A stretch of 64,000 nucleotides of DNA from Mobula hypostoma. Its lineage: Eukaryota. The notes beneath the pieces were generated by a model. That model was given only the letters and a program-made list of their open reading frames with translations. It did no database searches and was not told where the DNA came from. The stretch spans positions 68,138,001-68,202,000 of the forward strand of contig NC_086102.1 in the NCBI RefSeq assembly GCF_963921235.1, read 5' to 3'. A program made the position numbers and the translations under genes. Positions 1-12,570 of the stretch are shown here, in pieces; position 1 is the stretch's first letter, and each line of letters begins with the position of its first letter.

Positions 1-2178
1 GATAAGAGGTAGTGAGGGAGCTGGGACAGACGTAGCAGTAGCCAGGAAAGAATTTGTGCAGACGCAGGAGCGAGACGAGGGGCTGATGGTTTTGGCAGAG
101 ACCGCTCTCTCTGACACAGCCTTGACAAGCTATTGTGCGGAGGAGGAAGTGCTAAGGAAGAAAGGGAAATCAAGTACAGTATCGGCAGATGAGGAGTGGG
201 GGGTGGTGCAAAGAGTTATGGGGATGAGGTTTTTAACATGGCCCACGAGGTACCCCCCGGTGGACATTTTGCGGTGCTGGAGGAAACAGTTGGTGGAATC
301 ATGAAAGAGATTTACCGGCTGCCCAGGGGGAAGAATGTTATTGATCATGACCGACGCGAACTGAGACGGTCACCGGCTTTTGATATGCTAACAAACCTAG
401 TCGGTGTTAGCGTGGAAATCAATGAAGCTAGGGGCCCCCTGATAAGAGGAAAAAACCATTTTGAAAAGATTAGTATGGGATCGATCAGATGGGAGAAGGC
501 TATTGTTTTGGCCAGGTCTACTGATAAGGTCTCTCCCTTAATCCCCGAACAAAGCGAATCTTTAGCAGAAGTAATTAAACGACTCGCACCCATGTGTTTG
601 ATTGTCCCGAGGAAATGCAAAGAACTGGGACGTTGGTTGTGGTTGATTGTGGTTACAATAGGGTAGCCAAGTAAACAACACCCATATTTTTTGAGTAATT
701 CAGTGACTAAAGGGCTGATGAACCCAGAGGTGTGTATTGGCAATTTAATACAGCTGTCTGAAGCCAGTTTGATAGTGAACCTTGAAAAAAATGAATTCGG
801 CCACACGAGGGTCACTTACCTGGGAATTGTGGTGACACAGGGGCAGCTGGCAGCGATGCAAGCTACAGTGCAGGCTATCGCTGGCCTCCCAACCCCGACA
901 GACAAGAGGGCCCTCGGAAGGCTTTTGGAGATGCTGGGGTACTGCAGGAAGTTTTGCAATAACTCTGCGGTCAATACCCGTCCCCCTCCTACTAAGCCCT
1001 TGCGAGAGAAAATTGAGTCGGAATGGGACGACCCTTGTTGTTGTGGTCCGGGACAAAACCAAATGAGAGGTTACATTGGTCGCAATTCATCAGTGTTTTT
1101 GGCCACTATGAAGTTTGCTGAGTTGGAGCCTGGTCTAAGGGATTATTAATAACACGTGTAAAAGGAACAGAAAATGTGATGACTGTCTGTCAAGGTGTTG
1201 ACAGCTTCAAACTCGCTGTGTTAGCCAAATGGCTGATAAAGATGTATATTGTGTATGTATCAAATAATGTAGTCATGTTTGTAATTTTTACCTCCCGGTA
1301 AAAATCCTTAAAGGGGGGAAGTGTTACGAGAATACACATAAAATTAAGATGTTTGCTGGCCTGGGTTAGCATCAGTGACATCAGCAGTTGGTCTGCCACC
1401 TGCCCTCAGGGGAAGGAGAGATAAGGAACAATGGAGCAGCGTCTGGAGATGTGTAATGAAGGGACGTGGGAGAGAGAGAGCTGTCTGGAGCGGCTCCCCC
1501 TTTGAACCCTGAACTGTTTGAAGTGATGGACAGGCGATACCCCAGCAGGGGGATAAAAAGGGACAGGTTCGCTAAGACAGACACACACGCCACCCGAGGT
1601 AACGAGACCCTGGAAGCGGTGCGCCTCTCACGAGTGGGTGAGAAGTATCAGACAACGACCAGGGTGGAAAGGTACGATCAGCGGGAACCCGGTGTGTGTC
1701 CGCCCTCGCCTGGGTGCCGGGTTCACTGCAGAGGATCGACCACATCTGGAGGAGGGGTCACCGTCGGTGACCTCAGGTGACATCACCAAGGACCCGCCCA
1801 AAAGTTGCTTGTGAGCAATATCGCCGGTCTGTGAGTGAAGCAGTGCTGAATGATCAGTTGTTCCTGTTCTCTCTGTCTCTCTTCCCCCACGTTGTCCATC
1901 GCCATGGCAACGATTACTGCGAACTGAACTGGACTGAACTTTGAGTCATTTTGAAATTTGGTCATTTACCCCTAGACAACGATAGAGCTTGATTGATGCT
2001 GTTATCTTAAATTCTGTGCACATGTGTGTTTATCATCGCTGAACTGTTGCATTTATTATCCTTTCGATTACTGTGTTGCTTGTTTCTTTAATAAAACTTG
2101 CTTAGTTCTAGTACTCCAGACTCCAACTGAGTGATCCATTTCTGCTGGTTTGGCAACCCAGTTACGGGGTACGTAACA
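1..2178 (+). mobile_element. Degenerate, internally deleted Gypsy (Gmr1-like) LTR retrotransposon, 3' part
   Basis: Integrase Zn-finger-like remnant (AHEVPPGGHF, about 240) upstream of an RT-thumb/connection remnant (LIVNLEKNEFGHTRVTYLG...LGYCRKFC, 691-1149); polypurine tract about 1309-1321; 3' LTR follows. Confidence 0.8.
1322..2178 (+). repeat. 3' LTR (857 bp)
   Basis: TGTTACG...CGTAACA terminal inverted repeat, directly after the PPT, internal AATAAA about 2090. Confidence 0.88.
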
Positions 2179-2669
2179 GTTGGTACAGGATATTTTGGTT
2201 GAGGATATTTGATTGCTCTGCTGAGCATTGGCTGACCCTCTCATACATTAGAAAACATTTCCTCAAGGATGTTTTGATCATCTGACCTCACAGCCACAAT
2301 GATCTATTCCATAGAAGTGCATGATCCAAACAGTAATACAGGTACTTCCAACGTGCACGTGACTAAAATATAGCCTGGTCACAGTAGTCATTATGTATCC
2401 AATATTTCTGTCTTTACACTAGTAAAGGAGGCACCTATAGCCTGCAAAGTTTTAGAATCTGGTGAAGTCCTAATCAGTGTCATGATAAAATCTTGATCAA
2501 CCCCAAGCCAATGCGCATAACCTCCTGTAATTGCCCTTATAATTCCTACCACTGAAAATTAACATTCTTTTACAGGTGTACCTTTCATACCACTTTTATT
2601 GCTTTGTGCCCTGACTCCATTCTTTCACCCTACCATTTTTCTTTCCAGAGATGAGGGCACTGGAAATAT

Positions 2670-2903
2670 ACACAATTGGTATATCACACTGAGCACTGGT
2701 GCTCCCCGGGGTTGTGTGCTCAGTCCACTGCTGTTCATGCTGCTGAATTACCACTGCACTGCCAGATTCAGCTCAAACCTCATCATCAAGTTCACTGATA
2801 ATACTACATTAGTGGGCCACATTGACAACAATGATGAGTCAGCAAACAGAGAGGAGGTAAAGAGGCTTGTCAGATGGAGCGAAAATGACAGTCTGAGTCT
2901 CAA
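2670..2903 (+). mobile_element. Rex1/Babar-like LINE RT fragment, 5' part, split by the Penelope insertion
   Basis: ITLSTGAPRGCVLSPLLF...IIKFTDNTTLVG; reading continues as NMDKTK*MIVDFRK after 7895. Confidence 0.8.
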
Positions 2904-2952
2904 AGTTGCTGGTGAACGCAGCAGGCCAAGCAGCATCTATAGGAAGAGGCGC

Positions 2953-2988
2953 AGTCGACGTTTCAGGCCGAGACCCTTCGTCAGGACT
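2953..2988 (-). ncRNA. Minimal hammerhead ribozyme (inverted arm copy)
   Basis: Exact reverse complement of 7753-7788. Confidence 0.85.
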
Positions 2989-4785
2989 AACTGAAGGAAG
3001 AGTGAGTAAGGGATTTGAAAGCTGGAGGGGGAGGGGGAGATGCAAAATGATAGGAGAAGACAGGAGGGGGAGGGATGGAGCCGAGAGCTGGACAGGTGAT
3101 AGGCAGAAGGGGATACGAGAGGATCATGGGACAGGAGGTCCGGGAAGAAAGACGGGGGGGGGGTGACCCAGAGGATGGGCAAGAGGTATATTCAGAGGGA
3201 CAGAGGGAGAAAAAGGAGAGTGAGAGAAAGAATGTGTGCATTAAAAAGAGTAACAGATGGGGTACGAGGGGGAGGTGGGGCCTAGCGGAAGTTAGAGAAG
3301 TCAATGTTCATGCCATCAGGTTGGAGGCTACCCATACGGAATATAAGGTGTTGTTCCTCCAACCTGAGTGTGGCTTCATCTTTACAGTAGAGGAGGCCGT
3401 GGATAGACATGTCAGAATGGGAATGGGATGTGGAATTAAAATGTGTGGCCACTGGGAGATCCTGCTTTCTCTGGCGGACAGAGCGTAGATGTTCAGCAAA
3501 GCGGTCTCCCAGTCTGCGTCGGGTCTCACCAATATATAAAAGGCCACATCGGGAGCACCGGACGCAGTATATCACCCCAGTCGACTCACAGGTGAAGTGA
3601 TGCCTCACCTGGAAGGACTGTTTGGGGCCCTGAATGGTGGTAAGGGAGGAAGTGTAAGGGCATGTGTAGCACTTGTTCCGCTTACACGGATAAGTGCCAG
3701 GAGGGAGATCAGTGGGGAGGGATGGGGGGGACGAATGGACAAGGGAGTTGTGTAGGGAGCGATCCCTGCGGACTGCAGAGAGAGGGGGGGAGGGAAAGAT
3801 ATGCTTAGTGGTGGGATCCCGTTGGAGGTGGCGGAAGTTACGGAGAATAATATGTTGGACCCGGAGGCTGGTGGGGTGGTAGGTGAGGACCAGGGGAACC
3901 CTATTCCTAGTGGGGTGGTGGGAGGATGGAGTGAGAGCAGATGTACGTGAAATGGGGGAGATGCGTTTAAGAGCAGAGTTGATAGTGGAGGAAGGGAAGC
4001 CCCTTTCTTTAAAAAATGAAGACATCTCCCTCGTCCTAGAATGAAAAGCCTCATCCTGACAGCAGATGCGGCGGAGACGGAGGAATTGCAAGAAGGGGAT
4101 GGCGTTTTTGCAAGAGACAGGGTGAGAAGAGGAATAGTCCAGATAGTTGTGAGAGTCAGTAGGCTTATAGTAGACATCAGTGGATAAGCTGTCTCCAGAG
4201 ACAGAGACAGAAAGATCTAGAAAGGGGAGGGAGGTGTCAGAAATGGACCAGGTAAACTTGAGGGCAGGGTGAAAGTTGGAGGCAAAGTTAATAAAGTCAA
4301 CGAGTTCTGCATGCGTGCAGGAAGCAGCGCCAATGCAGTCGTCGATGTAGCGAAGGAAAAGTGGGGGACAGATACCAGAATAGGCACGGAACATAGATTG
4401 TTCCACAAACCCAACAAAAAGGCAGGCATAGCTAGGACCCATACGGGTGCCCATAGCTACACCTTTAGTTTGGAGGAAATGGAAGGAGCAAAAGGAGAAA
4501 TTATTAAGAAGTAAGGACTAATTCTGCTAGACGGAGCAGAGTGGTGGTAGAGGGGAACTGATTAGGTCTGGAATCCAAAAAGAAGCGTAGAGCTTTGAGA
4601 CCTTCCTGATGGGGGATGGAAGTATATAGGGACTGGACATCCAAGGTGAAAATAAAGCGGTGGGGGCCAGGGAACTTAAAATCATCGAAAAGTTTAAGAG
4701 CGTGAGAAGTGTCACGAACATAGGTCGGAAGGGATTGAACAAGGGGTGATAAAACAGTGTCGAGGTATGCAGAAACGAGTTCGAT

Positions 4786-7458
4786 GGTCCTACCCGCTAT
4801 TTCATCCTCCGTCGGATCCACGCCTGCAATCGCCGTTTCTTTGACTTTGTCATGTTAGGCAAAGATCGCAAGATCTTACATCTACGGACTGCAGAGCCTG
4901 CCGGCCCCGACGCTAGCAGGCATGAACTTTCGGTTGCGGCCCCTGCCGTTGGTCTCGGCGGCTCCAACACCTCAGGACATATTCAAAACCCGGACTCCAG
5001 CAACGACCATGGAGACATTCAAAGCGATCGCGCAACCACCAACTGCGACTCCAGCCTTGAACTCCAGGCCGGGTCTTTATGTGCTGCTGTTGTGACTCCC
5101 GTCTCCCCTTCCCCCACCACCACTCCGCAGCCCCGTCTTCCTCAGATCCCACCGTCAGCTCCTGGGCCCTCAGAGGCTCCATCTTCCTCTCACCCCAACC
5201 CTCCCCTCTCCATTGACACCCCCAGCCTCCCCCCTCCCCCCTCTGATCCCAGCTCTCATCCGTGCCGGGTCTTTACCATCCCCTCCGACCTTCAACTGTC
5301 GGAGGCAGAACGCTCTGTTCTCAGTAAGGGCCTCACGTTTGTCCCCCTTCGCCCACACCTCAGCGAGTTCCGTGTTCGCCATGATGCGGAACTTTTCTTC
5401 CGCCGTCTCCGTCTCCGAGCCTACTTCTTCGGCAAGGACTCTTCCACCCCCACCGATGACCCCTTCTCCCGTCTTCATCCCTCCTCTTCTTCATGGACAC
5501 CCCGCTCTGGTCGTCTGCCTGCTCTGGATCTCTTTATTGCCAACTGCCGACGGGACATCAACCGTCTCGACTTCACCGCACCTTGTCCCCATTCCAACCT
5601 CACTCCTTCGGAACGCTCTGCTCTCCACTCCCTCCGCACTAATCCTAACATTATTATTAAACCCGCTGATAAGGGGGGTGCTGTTGTAGTCTGGCGTACT
5701 GACCTCTACCTTGCCGAGGCACAGTGACAACTCGCGGATACCTCCTCTTATTTACCCCTCGATCGTGACCCCACTAAGGAGCACCAGGCCATTGTCTCCC
5801 ACACTATCAACGACTTTATCCGCTCAGGGGATCTCCCATCCACTGCTACCAACCTTATAGTTCCCACACCCCGCACTTCCCGTTTCTACCTCCTACCCAA
5901 GATCCACAAACCTGCCTGTCCTGGCCGACCTATTGTCTCAGCTTGCTCCTGCCCCACCGAACTCGTTTCTGCATACCTCGACACTGTTTTATCACCCCTT
6001 GTTCAATCCCTTCCGACCTATGTTCGTGACACTTCTCACGCTCTTAAACTTTTCGATGATTTTAAGTTCCCTGGCCCCCACCGCTTTATTTTCACCATGG
6101 ATGTCCAGTCCCTATATACTTCCATCCCCCATCAGGAAGGTCTCAAAGCTCTACGCTTCTTTTTGGATTCCAGACCTAATCAGTTCCCCTCTACCACCAC
6201 TCTGCTCCGTCTAGCAGAATTAGTCCTTCCTCTTAATAATTTCTCCTTTTGCTCCTCCCATTTCCTCCAAACTAAAGGTGTAGCTATGGGCACCCTTATG
6301 GGTCCTAGCTATGCCTGCCTTTTTGTTGGGTTTGTGGAACAATCTATGTTCCGTGCCTATTCTGATATCTGTCCCCCACTTTTCCTTCGCTACATCGACG
6401 ACTGCATTGGCGCTGCTTCCTGCACGCATGCAGAACTCGTTGACTTTATTAACTTTGCCTCCAACTTTCACCCTGCCCTCAAGTTTACCTGGTCCATTTC
6501 TGACACCTCCCTCCCCTTTTTAGATCTTTCTGTCTCTGTCTCTGGAGACAGCTTATCCACTGATGTCTACTATAAGCCTACTGACTCTCACAACTATCTG
6601 GACTATTCCTCTTCTCACCCTGTCTCTTGCAAAAACGCCATCCCCTTCTTGCAATTCCTCCGTCTCCGCCGCATCTGCTGTCAGGATGAGGCTTTTCATT
6701 CTAGGACGAGGGAGATGTCTTCATTTTTTAAAGAAAGGGGCTTCCCTTCCTCCACTATCAACTCTGCTCTTAAACGCATCTCCCCCATTTCACGTACATC
6801 TGCTCTCACTCCATCCTCCCACCACCCCACTAGGAATAGGGTTCCCCTGGTCCTCACCTACCACCCCACCAGCCTCCGGGTCCAACATATTATTCTCCGT
6901 AACTTCCGCCACCTCCAACGGGATCCCACCACTAAGCATATCTTTCCCTCCCCCCCTCTCTCTGCATTCCGCAGGGATCGCTCCCTACACAACTCCCTTG
7001 TCCATTCGTCCCCCCCATCCCTCCCCACTGATCTCCCTCCTGGCACTTATCCGTGTAAGCGGAACAAGTGCTACACATGCCCTTACACTTCCTCCCTTAC
7101 CACCATTCAGGGCCCCAAACAGTCCTTCCAGGTGAGGCATCACTTCACCTGTGAGTCGACTGGGGTGATATACTGCGTCCGGTGCTCCCGATGTGGCCTT
7201 TTATATATTGGTGAGACCCGACGCAGACTGGGAGACCGCTTTGCTGAACATCTACGCTCTGTCCGCCAGAGAAAGCAGGATCTCCCAGTGGCCACACATT
7301 TTAATTCCACATCCCATTCCCATTCTGACATGTCTATCCACGGCCTCCTCTACTGTAAAGATGAAGCCACACTCAGGTTGGAGGAACAACACCTTATATT
7401 CCGTATGGGTAGCCTCCAACCTGATGGCATGAACATTGACTTCTCTAACTTCCGCTAG
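4786..7458 (+). pseudogene. Penelope RT-GIY-YIG ORF, 5'-truncated, one in-frame stop at 5725-5727
   Basis: KPADKGG, FYLLPKIHK, MDVQSLYTSI, GVAMGT, RYIDD, LPFLD, Cys linker CKRNKCYTC, VIYCVRCSRCGLLYIGET; ORFs 4852 and 6097 share a frame. Confidence 0.92.
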
Positions 7459-7752
7459 GCCCCACCTCCCCCTCGTACCCCATCTGTTACTCTTTTTAAT
7501 GCACACATTCTTTCTCTCACTCTCCTTTTTCTCCCTCTGTCCCTCTGAATATACCTCTTGCCCATCCTCTGGGTCACCCCCCCCCCCGTCTTTCTTCCCG
7601 GACCTCCTGTCCCATGATCCTCTCGTATCCCCTTCTGCCTATCACCTGTCCAGCTCTCGGCTCCATCCCTCCCCCTCCTGTCTTCTCCTATCATTTTGCA
7701 TCTCCCCCTCCCCCTCCAGCTTTCAAATCCCTTACTCACTCTTCCTTCAGTT

Positions 7753-7788
7753 AGTCCTGACGAAGGGTCTCGGCCTGAAACGTCGACT
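7753..7788 (+). ncRNA. Minimal type I hammerhead ribozyme in the Penelope 3' terminal region
   Basis: AGTC-CTGACGA-AGG(gtctcgg)CCT-GAAACGTC-GACT: stem I AGTC/GACT, intact core, palindromic ACGT stem III, GUC site at 7782-7784. Confidence 0.85.
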
Positions 7789-7882
7789 GCGCCTCTTCCT
7801 ATAGATGCTGCTTGGCCTGCTGCGTTCACCAGCAACTTTGATGTATGTTGCTTGAATTTCCAGCATCTGCAGAATTCCTGTT

Positions 7883-8622
7883 GTCTGAGTCTCAATATGG
7901 ACAAGACAAAATAAATGATTGTGGACTTCAGGAAGGCACAGGTTGGCCACTCTCCATTGCACATCAATGGCTCTGGCATGGAGAGTGAACAGTACAGTTC
8001 CTTGATGTGCTCCTAATGGATGATCTAACCTGAACTCACAACACCCCCTCACTAGTCAAAAGGCATAGCAGCTTCTACATTTTCTGAGGATATTGAGGCG
8101 TGCGAGACTCCCTGCCCCCATTCTAACAACTTTTTACAGAACACCATCAAGAGTGTTCTGTCTGGCTGCATCATTATGTGGTATGAAAGACCCTACAGAG
8201 GACAGCAAACACAACTGAGAGGATCGTTGGGGTCACATACCCACCACCCCCACTTGTGGTATTTACCAGGAGCGTTGCAGATGAACAGCCTAAACCATTA
8301 TTGAGGATACCACCTATCCCACAGACTTTTTGACCTACTATCGTCAGGGAGAAGGTACAGAAGCATCAGAACTAGAACTGCTAGACTGGGTAGCACTTTC
8401 TTCCCTCAAGTTGTGAAATTAATGAATATAGGAGAGCGAGGTGTTTACCGTACTATTTAACTGTGGTGTGCTTTACTACATGCATATTTTATGAACATAT
8501 TATTTTGGTTCATGTGCTGTGTGTGATATATGCTGAGTGGGTGTACCATGGTTTGGAGAAATATTGTCTCATTTGATTGTACTGTATATATGTACGATCA
8601 GATGACATTAAACTTGAACTTG
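7883..8622 (+). mobile_element. Rex1/Babar-like LINE, 3' part
   Basis: KTK*MIVDFRK motif, degenerate C-terminus, tail attaaacttgaacttg. Confidence 0.75.
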
Positions 8623-9459
8623 GTCGCCTATGCTGCATTCTGAAGGCTTTTACGGGTTGTATGGACAATAAAGGTATCACTACTAAGCTTTCTTCTGAAT
8701 AGATTACGTATCATCACCCAGAATCAGGATTTTCCTTTGTGTATACTGGCTGACCTCATTAAAAATGTAGTTTTGCAGAACCGTCCCCTGGAAAAAGTAT
8801 AGGTCAATTCAATTCACCGGCTTACTCAATAAAGCACTCAATAAAGCTGTCACCTTTTCCATTGCAGATTTCTACTCATTCTTCTCAGTTCTAGCCCATT
8901 TTCTTTTCCTTCAGACTTGTTTACAACCTCCCTACTTCCTTAATCAACAACATCCATGATTTGGAGTTATCACTATCATTTTGATTAAAAATATGGCTGC
9001 CCTCTTTCAACCTTCCATTAAATCCTAAATACTTCCATTTATTTTCTGGCTTTAACAACTTAAGGATGCCCCTAAGCACATTCCAAGTTAGCCACTCTTA
9101 TAAAAGTAAGCAGTATGACATACAAATTACATGCCTCTTAGTGAATTAAAGGTGGTGAAAAAAAATTCAGACCTTAGAATTCATAGTTTTGAAACCATTA
9201 CAAAATGGAACATTTCAAAAATATTGCACTGGTAAAGTGGCTAACTCCAAAAGACTCAGTCCTTCTGCTGAATACCAGGATTCTGCTCAACTCAGAAGCT
9301 TCCATATGTGGCAGAATATACAATATTTTTCGGACTCTGTTTTCAGGTTCTTGTACAACACTGACCTCTAGAGCCTTATATGTTTGGATGGCATCCCACC
9401 CCGGAAAGTTTGCTCCATCTATCCTCTGTGCCCAGTCTTCTTTCACAAAGTTAGGAGAG

Positions 9460-11195
9460 CTAGAAGGGGGCATGAGAAGGCATGTATGTGAAGAACAGAA
9501 AGATGGCTAGAGTGAAGGTAGGACCAATTACAGATGGTAGAGGAAAAAGGTCCTTTGAGTCAGATGAGGTAGGGAATTCTTAATAAATACTTTGCTTCAG
9601 TTTTCGCCAGGAAGAGGGACCTTGCCTTGCCATTTGTGAGGACAGCATAAGAAGGCTGATTTGTTTCAACATGTCGAAATTAAGAAAGAAGACGTGCTGG
9701 AACTTACAAAAAACATTTGGATAGATAAGCCCATGGCGCCAGACGGGATATACACCAAGTTACAATGGGAAGAGAGGAAAGAGAATGCTGTGCTTTTGGT
9801 GATAATCATTGGACCCTAACTTGTCAGCCGATTGGAGGGTGGCATATGTTATTCTTTTGTTCAAGAAAGGGAGTAGGGATAACCTTAGGAATTATAAACC
9901 AGTGAGTCTTAATTTAGTGATGGGCAAATTATTGAATTGACTGAGAAACTGGATTTACGAGTGTTTGGAGAAACATAGGGTTCATCAGCATGGCTTTGTA
10001 AGGGGCAGATTATGCCATATGAGCCTAACTAAATTCTTTGAGGATGTGACAAACCACAGTGGTGAAGGTAGTGCAGTGGATGTGGTGTATATGGATTCTA
10101 TATAAAAGCGGTCATTAAGGTTCCTTATGGTAAGCTCATTCAGGAGGCATGGAATCCAGAGAAAGCTGGCTGTGTGGATACGGAATTGGCTTGTCCATAG
10201 AAAGTAAAGGGTGGTAGTGGATGAGCATATTCTGCCTGGAGTTTGGTGACCAGCGATGTTTTGCAGGGATCTGTTCTGGGAACCCTGTTCTTTCTGATTT
10301 TTATAAATGACTTGGATGAGGAAGTTAAGGGGTGAGTTAGTAAGTTTGCAGATGACATTAAGGTGGGTAGAGCTGTGGATGGTGTGGAGGTTGTAGGTTG
10401 CAGTGGTATATTAACAGGATGTAGAGCTGGGCTGTGAAGTGGCAATGGAGTACAACCTAACAAAGTGTGACATAATTCACTTTGGAAGGTCAAATTTGAA
10501 GGCAAAACACAGGGTTAATAGCAGGATTCTTAGCAGTGTGGAGGAATGTAGGATTTTGGGGTCCACATCCATATATCCCACAAAGTTGCCACGCAAGTTG
10601 ATGGTGGGTAAGTATGGTGTGTTAGCCTTCATTTATCGAGGGATTCAGTTCAAGAGCCACAAGTTAATGTTGCAGCTCTATAAAACACTGGCTAAACCAC
10701 ACTTAGAATATAGTGTTCAGTTCAGGTCACATCATTATAGGATGGATGTGGAAGCTTTAGAGAGGGCGCAGTGGAGATCTACCAGGATACTGCCTGGATT
10801 AGAGGGTATGTCTTATGAGGATAGTTTGAGTGAGCTGAGGCTTTTCTCTTAGGAGTGAAGGTGGATGTGGGGTAACTTGACTGATGATACGAGTCAAAGA
10901 TAGAGTGGATAGTCGGAGACTTTTTCTCAGGGTGGAAATATCTAATATGAGGGGGCATAATTTTAAGATGATTAGAGAAAAGTCTACAAGGGATGTCCAA
11001 GATAAGTTCTTTACACAGAGAGTGGGAAACCTTGCCAGGGGTCATCATATAGACAAATTTATTCGAGGCATTTAAGAAACTCTTAGATAGAGCTATGTAG
11101 AGGGAATGGTTAGATATTAGAGTTGGATAAAAGGTCAGCACAAGATTGGGGGCTGCAGGACCTGTACTGTGCTCTAATGTTCTATGTTCTCTGTT
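9460..11195 (+). mobile_element. Old CR1 LINE, 3' half
   Basis: Frameshifted RT remnants (NYKPVSL, SKFADDIKVG, HLEYSVQF, RGHNFK), ttctatgttct tail. Confidence 0.88.
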
Positions 11196-11449
11196 CTAAC
11201 GTGGGTCCTGCAGCTACTTTCAAGGCTAACCATTTTACCTCCTGTTTGTTTTTGCATAAAGGAAATATCCTGGCCTTGATATCAGCAAACATCCTCCTCT
11301 CCTCTATGCAAAGTTGTAGTGAAGCTTCGGTTTTTACCAGAGTGACAAATGGATTCCTGATTTCATATCTCAACTGAAAAATAGACTTTTTACAATGCAG
11401 TTCTTAAATACAAGTCGAGTTTTTTTAAGTAATTACATGTTCAGTCTTC

Positions 11450-11718
11450 TGGAAAGGAACATGTATGGAACAAGCTGCCAGAGGAATAAGAAACAAGCTA
11501 CTAGAGGAATATGGAACTGACTGCCAGAGAAATATGGAACAGGCTGCCAAAGGAAGTGGTTGAGTCAGGTACAATGACAACACTTAAAAGACATAAAGTT
11601 AAGCGCTTCGATAGGCAGGTTTGGAGGAGTATGGGTCAAATGCAAGCAAATGGGACTAGTTTAGATGGGCATTTTGGAAAGCGAGGATGAGTTGGTCCAA
11701 AGGGCTTGCATCCATGCT
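11450..11718 (+). mobile_element. CR1 3'-end fragment with a locally triplicated segment (tggaac...ctgccagagga)
   Basis: CR1 C-terminus and 3'UTR-like sequence ending gactctgcgactcta. Confidence 0.6.
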
Positions 11719-12456
11719 ATTTGACTCTGCGACTCTACTACAATACTCTTACTCAGCAGATGAGAGTGCTATCAATGTGCCATGTTTCATACCTTGAGTA
11801 TAGAATAAGGGAAGACAGGTCAATTTATTGACACATATCCTCTACACAGCATGAATTCATGAATAACCTTACCCACAATGGTGTCCCCAAACTGAAAGAG
11901 AAAATCAATTACTGATAAACTGGCAGAGGAAGCTCTGCAAACCTCTCTATCATCCTAAAAGCCAAGCAAATAAAACTCTGGAACATTTCACCAGCTTTAT
12001 AACATGTACAGTATCTTCAACTATCCATTCTGCACATTTCATAATCCCATGTTCTTACCATTATTTTAATACATAAAGTCCAGTAATTATTTTGTAAACT
12101 CATTACTACATGATACTGATCCAGAACAGGAAACTATTTTTTGCTCGGTTCCTGAAGCCCCATGATACCTAATTTCAACCAAAGTATCATTGGGAATACT
12201 GGAGATAGCCAAAGACCCCATGATCAGGAAGTCTAAAAAAATTAGTAAAGTTCCAGCTCATGATTGTTATTTAGTGTTCCACAATACAATATGAGTAATT
12301 TTTCACTGTTTGAGGAAGTATAGGATTAGTTGTGTATGATAAACCCCTCGATACTTTTTGTGATGATTAATGATTTCAAAACTATTATAAGTATAGAACT
12401 GAATTACATCTAACTAATTCATTTGTTAAATAATATAATTTGGCTTTGCTGCTTAC

Positions 12457-12570
12457 CTAAATGTTACATTCATTTTTTGACTTTGCACCTTCAATTTGGC
12501 AAACAAGGCTATAAGGCATTCGAAGTACTCGGTCTTAAAAAGAGAATCCCGATGTTCCATTAAAATCACC
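12457..12570 (-). CDS. CFAP47: CFAP47 exon VILMEHRDSLFKTEYFECLIALFAKLKVQSQKMNVTF (last confidently placed exon; gene continues downstream)
   Basis: ttttccccag acceptor, AG|gtaagc donor, 114 nt, phase 2-2; completes GDFRVIL.E. Confidence 0.85.

Larger units (their letters stand above)
2904..7882 (+). mobile_element. Young Penelope-like element (Neptune type) with an inverted 3' duplication at its 5' end
   Basis: 13-bp TSD GTCTGAGTCTCAA (2891-2903, 7883-7895); 2901-4783 is the reverse complement of 5958-7840; RT plus GIY-YIG ORF. Confidence 0.95.

Noticed and set aside
3282-4821. Minus-strand 390-aa RT/GIY-YIG ORF as a separate gene
   Set aside because: It is the inverted arm of the same insertion, N-terminally truncated and frameshifted near 4505-4515
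2906-7979. Numerous overlapping 60-190 aa ORFs around the Penelope element, repeated at 29326-30152
   Set aside because: Alternative-frame or antisense by-products of a low-complexity repeat
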